From NCBI RefSeq assembly GCF_001194135.2, contig NC_068983.1, positions 95,471,449 to 95,509,356 of the forward strand: a stretch of 37,908 bases of DNA, in the 5' to 3' direction. This stretch comes from Octopus bimaculoides. Lineage: Eukaryota. The position numbers and the translations under genes are program-made. Positions 33,437 through 37,908 of the stretch are shown in pieces (positions within the stretch are counted from its first letter, which is position 1; each line of letters opens with the position of its first letter). The notes beneath the pieces were generated by a model, which was given only the letters and a program-made list of their open reading frames with translations, was not told the origin of the DNA and ran no database searches.

Positions 33437-34159
33437 CAGACAGACAGACAGACAGAGATTCACACAAACATTGTAAAGAGGCAAAATCTTTCTTGTTTGG
33501 AAAGAATCTTTCAAGATATCGTGATAAACATACAAAATGCACCAGAAAAGAATTGAAGAACCTAAAAATTCAAGATGATGTCCAGGGTAGCCGTCGAACT
33601 GCATTTCTTTGTCCATATAGCCATAAAATCACTTATCTTTCTCCTACCAACTTCTGAACATGCTTCATTTCATACTAAAAGAACGTTAATGAATTTAGTG
33701 TTTATTGCCACTTTAAGGTAGGTCTTCTTTAGGAGACGACGATACTGCTGTTTTAACTCCAGGAAGACATCTCCAGCAGCTGCTTTAGTCAGTGCGCTTT
33801 CCGCACACGACATATATTGCAAGCAGGAGATAACTTCTGCCACCCTAGCTTCGAGACCACCAGACTACTTGATCTCGATCGTATTGGATCTCTTTGCTGG
33901 TGGGCAATCGTTTGCCAGGAATGGCAGTAGCTTAATCTCGTCAGCAATATATAGAAAATACAACGTCATACAATCACTGATTTTGTAACTAGGAAACTAG
34001 TCAGTTAGAAAATCTCTGTTCTAGATAGAAGCAATATGCGAACAAAAAGTAGCGTTTATTGCGGCTTTAACGTGCGTGTTCTGTAAGAGACGATGATACT
34101 GCTGTTTTAACCCCAGGAAAGTATCTCCTCCAACTGGAAGAAATCAGTGGGAGAGGTGG

Positions 34160-34375
34160 TTGAATTCAGAAGCTGCTCAGTGTTACAGAAAACGTCAACA
34201 TCAATGGAGATGGGGACAGAGTATACTTCCCAGGCAAGAATGGTGGCCGTGGTCTCAAACCTGAATTGATGTCATATGACATCATATGTCATGTGACACT
34301 GAATGAGCATCTTAAGCAGAGGAAAGAGACCAGTAACTATCTTGCCCAAATTTGTAACTATGAAATCAGTAACTA
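34160..34375 (+). mobile_element. R4/Dong-like non-LTR retrotransposon post-RT remnant
   Basis: IQKLLSVTENVNINGDGDRVYFPGKNGGRGLK matches the recalled KTRKLLT...DVDRLYxPRxxGGRGL signature. Confidence 0.6.
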
Positions 34376-34956
34376 ATGAATTTGAAGAGAGGTATGAAAT
34401 AACAGCTGATACAGATTTCTCTCCAAGGAGTTTCTGGTAAAATCTATTTATGAATCAGTTCACTGAGAAGCTAGTAAATGGGTACTTGGGGAAATGTACG
34501 CATTTATATATGTATACATATAGGCATGTATGTTTGCTTGCATGTATGTTGCGTGCATGACCTGATATGACTTTAAACAAGGTTAATTTTAAACAAGAGT
34601 TAAGTAAAAGTTTGAAAACAAGCATTGACATTTGGGAGAAATTTATGAAACTGTTTTGGACAGGATCATTATTATATTCGTAATTTTTTATGCACGCTTG
34701 GCATATTTTCCTACCGAGGACAATCCGGGAATCTCTGGGTACTAAGAAGACACCACTGAAAAATGACATTAATAAGGAAATTTGGGGAAATTACCCTAAA
34801 TCAAGGTGTTGGTCAAGACGAAAGGTTTTGGTTAAGGCATCTTTTATTCTTTCTTCAAGTCTCCATAAAACGCTCCTTAGCTTTCTTGAAGAAGCAGTTA
34901 GGTTTCTATTCCTTTTAACATTATGAATATACTTGAGGAAAATCCGAGTTATTCAT

Positions 34957-34987
<31 letters not shown>

Positions 34988-35806
34988 CTTGCTTGCTTAA
35001 AGCAGTTATCAGAAAAATATATTATCTTTGCCCCATGAAATTTAACTTTGAGGAAAAGAAAGATTAATGAACATTTATAATTCGTAGAAATATATATTTC
35101 ATGGGATTCCCAAGAGTAAAAGATTGAAAACTGTTGATTTTCAGTTTTCAAAAATTTAACATATTGCTTTTTGTGATTACCAAACTAAAACTGAACAGGA
35201 AATACAAGCGGACTATTTTGGTGTAACTATATAAGACAAACAAAGGCAAAAACCAGGGAGTGGAGTCTCTATGCCGTCGCATGATAAACTAGAAAAACAG
35301 CCAAATCTCCTCAGACAACATCCTACTTTCTGAAAAGGGAATTATACATTACGCAAAACAGTTTAACATAGATATAAAAAGGCAGGGCAGATACGGCTAA
35401 AACGTTGTTCCAACATAGGTTTGTTCAATGATAGTTGACCCGGGGGTGGGGGTAACAAAAAAGAACTACCAGCTGCAGAGTGAAGAAATTAAAACTGTTA
35501 TAGTCTCATTAGATACACGAGTAAAAAAAGGTGCAACCAAAATATAAAAATGGTTGGTTAAGTTTTAAAATATAGCAGTAATAATTAAGAGGCGCCAGTA
35601 AAAGGGTTTCCGCTGATGATATGTATACCTGCACGAAAAAAAGAAAAGGAAGAAAAAAGAGAAAAAAAAAACAAGTCAAGAAAAAAATAAACAAACAGAA
35701 CAAAAAAATAGTGTACCGGAAAGCGGTAAACACTTATTTACCATTCAATCATAATGAACCCAGAAGTAAGATACAATTAAAATTCACATACATACTTCCA
35801 TTTATA

Positions 35807-35810
<4 letters not shown>

Positions 35811-35848
<38 letters not shown>

Positions 35849-35892
35849 CGTACGTGTGTGTGTAGAATGAGACGCACACACACACACACACA

Positions 35893-35957
<65 letters not shown>

Positions 35958-35965
35958 ACACACAT
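35811..35965. repeat. (TG)n followed by (CA)n, opposite polarity
   Basis: Direct reading. Confidence 0.95.
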
Positions 35966-36205
35966 GTACCGTAAAGTACTTATACGGATGTGGAAGTGCT
36001 TGTATAAATGTAAGCAGTAATTCGATAAATGTACTGATGCATTATAATGCAAATATGTAGAAACTGCAGCTACTTGGCATTTATGTAACTTAGTTTACTC
36101 CCCTCGTTCAACCCTCACTGCGTGTACAAATACACACAGACACACACACACATATGCACACGCACACGCACACACACACACACACACACATACACACACG
36201 TATGG

Positions 36206-36618
36206 TAATATTGGTTTCAAATTTTGGCACAAGGCCAACACTTTCGAAGCGGGAGTTAGTCGATTACATCGACTCCAGTATTCAACTGGTACTTTATTTA
36301 TTGACCCCGAAAGAATTTAAAGCAAAGTCGACCTTGGCGGAATTTGAACTCATAAAGTGCAGATGGACGAAATGCCGCTAAGCATTTGCCTGGTGTACTA
36401 AAGGTTCTGCCAACTTGCCGCGTTATACACACGAACACAAACACACACGCACACAGACACACACATATACACACTAATATTTGGTTTCAAATTTTGGCAC
36501 AAGGCCAGCAATTTCGAGAGCGTAGGTGCATGTGTGGTGAGAACAAGTCAATTACATCGACCCCACCAGTGCTCAAGTAGTACTTATTTTATCGACCTCG
36601 AAAGGATGAAAGGCAATG
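36206..36618 (-). mobile_element. Two SINE family B copies (36206-36420; 36477-36618 partial)
   Basis: Both start ATATTGGTTTCAAATTTTGGCACAAGGCC and contain GTACTT..TTTAT.GAC..CGAAAG. Confidence 0.9.
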
Positions 36619-36654
36619 TATCTCTGCAAACATGCATTCACATATATTCACCCA

Positions 36655-36712
36655 CTCACTCACTCACTCACTCACTCACTCACTCACTCACTCACTCACT
36701 CACTCACTCACA
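36655..36712. repeat. (TCAC)n tetranucleotide repeat
   Basis: Direct reading. Confidence 0.97.
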
Positions 36713-37025
36713 CAGAGGCACAAACACACACACATGCTCACACACACATACACACACTTCCATGTATACTGGTGTGGTAGTCTTCAAAAATTAAGGAAGC
36801 TACTATCTGCCTTCTTTCAGTTATACATATTTTGTTTACTTTTACTCATTTCTTTTCATTATTCTTACTGGCTTACTCACATACTTCTCTCTCTCTCTCT
36901 CACACGCTCGGGTGTGTGTGTGATGTGTATCTAATATATATATATATATATCTGTCTTTCTATCTATACCTAGATAGATAGATAAATGAATAGATAAATA
37001 GATATCTCTCGCTCTTTATATGTGT

Positions 37026-37064
<39 letters not shown>

Positions 37065-37312
37065 TGTGTGTGTATGTGTGTGTGTGTGTCTGTGTGTCTG
37101 TATGTGCCTATACTTGTCCACTTTATTTTCAAACGCTTCCCCACATATCGACACTGATATCATTCTCGAAATTCACCACTCTCTGTTTATCACTTTCCAT
37201 GTTATGTTGACAATGTTGAGAATCCAGTTGAATGAAACTGTGTGGGTAAAAGGAAGAAACTACTTTGAGTCAGTATCATATAGCTGAGGAGTGGTTTTCC
37301 TTCTGCATTCTA

Positions 37313-37404
37313 TATAATGAATGAGAGAAATGGAAAATCGAGTCAGCAAGTGTAGGATAAAAATTCTTGCTAACTCATTTTTCCATTTCCCCTCATTCAT
37401 TATA
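37313..37404. ncRNA. Candidate miRNA-precursor-like hairpin (or tiny MITE relic)
   Basis: About 38-bp imperfect stem (37313-37350 with 37366-37404) and a 15-nt loop. No expression evidence is available. Confidence 0.3.
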
Positions 37405-37550
37405 AACTCAACAAACACTGCGGAATTCCTGAATAGATCTAGTGACAATTGTATCATAACTGTGGATGACATCAGGTAGCCTAAGAGGTGTAAGAGCTTT
37501 AATCGGCATACTACTAAACATATATCCAAAAGTCCAAATAATTACCTATG

Positions 37551-37582
<32 letters not shown>

Positions 37583-37908
37583 TGTATATATATTCTACAT
37601 ACACACACATATATGTATGTGTATATATATATATTCTACACACACACACATACACACATTGATAGATATATACAAGAATATATATATATGTGTGTGTGCG
37701 TGTATGCACATATGTATGTGTCAGGGGTTGCCGTGTGTACACACTGACTAGATACAGAACTCCCGTAATAATTATATGTAGATATATAGTTACATTTCTG
37801 GTTGTAGTTCGAAGCTGTTTCTATATACATATATGTGTGTGTGCGTTGAACACAAAACACTACGGATATATAAACAGTTTGACGTCACTACGCTTTCGTC
37901 TAATTAGT

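Noticed and set aside
1748-37860. Dozens of ORFs rich in HT, CV, YI, SL or ER, and ORFs running through X
   Set aside because: They are translations of (CA)n, (TG)n, (TA)n, (CT)n repeats or of N gaps; not genes.
1-37908. CRISPR array, operon-like or defence-system organisation
   Set aside because: No regularly spaced direct repeats with unique spacers and no gene-dense region; this is eukaryotic repeat-rich DNA.

Overview
AT-rich eukaryotic draft-assembly window with 10 N-gaps (about 2.8 kb in total). It is dominated by microsatellites, SINEs and decayed transposons. The SINE families and repeat density point to an octopus/coleoid cephalopod genome (inference, not a database hit). I find no supportable host protein-coding exon, tRNA, rRNA or CRISPR array, and almost all ORFs in the track are microsatellite artefacts. 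Recognisable coding remnants are: a Tx1/L1-clade LINE (6.3-7.9 kb), a largely complete but inactivated Neptune-type Penelope-like element (30.4-32.4 kb), two DD37D (maT) and one DD34D mariner pieces, two R4/Dong-like pieces and CR1/L2-like scraps. I see no evidence of a new multi-gene system. The best leads are small and structural: a 92-nt pre-miRNA-like hairpin at 37313-37404, a local foldback duplication at 15.9-16.8 kb, a 20-nt site in one SINE family that is broken in four copies, a head-to-head fusion of two mariner-superfamily 3' ends, and an unidentified ~220-bp inverted repeat pair.
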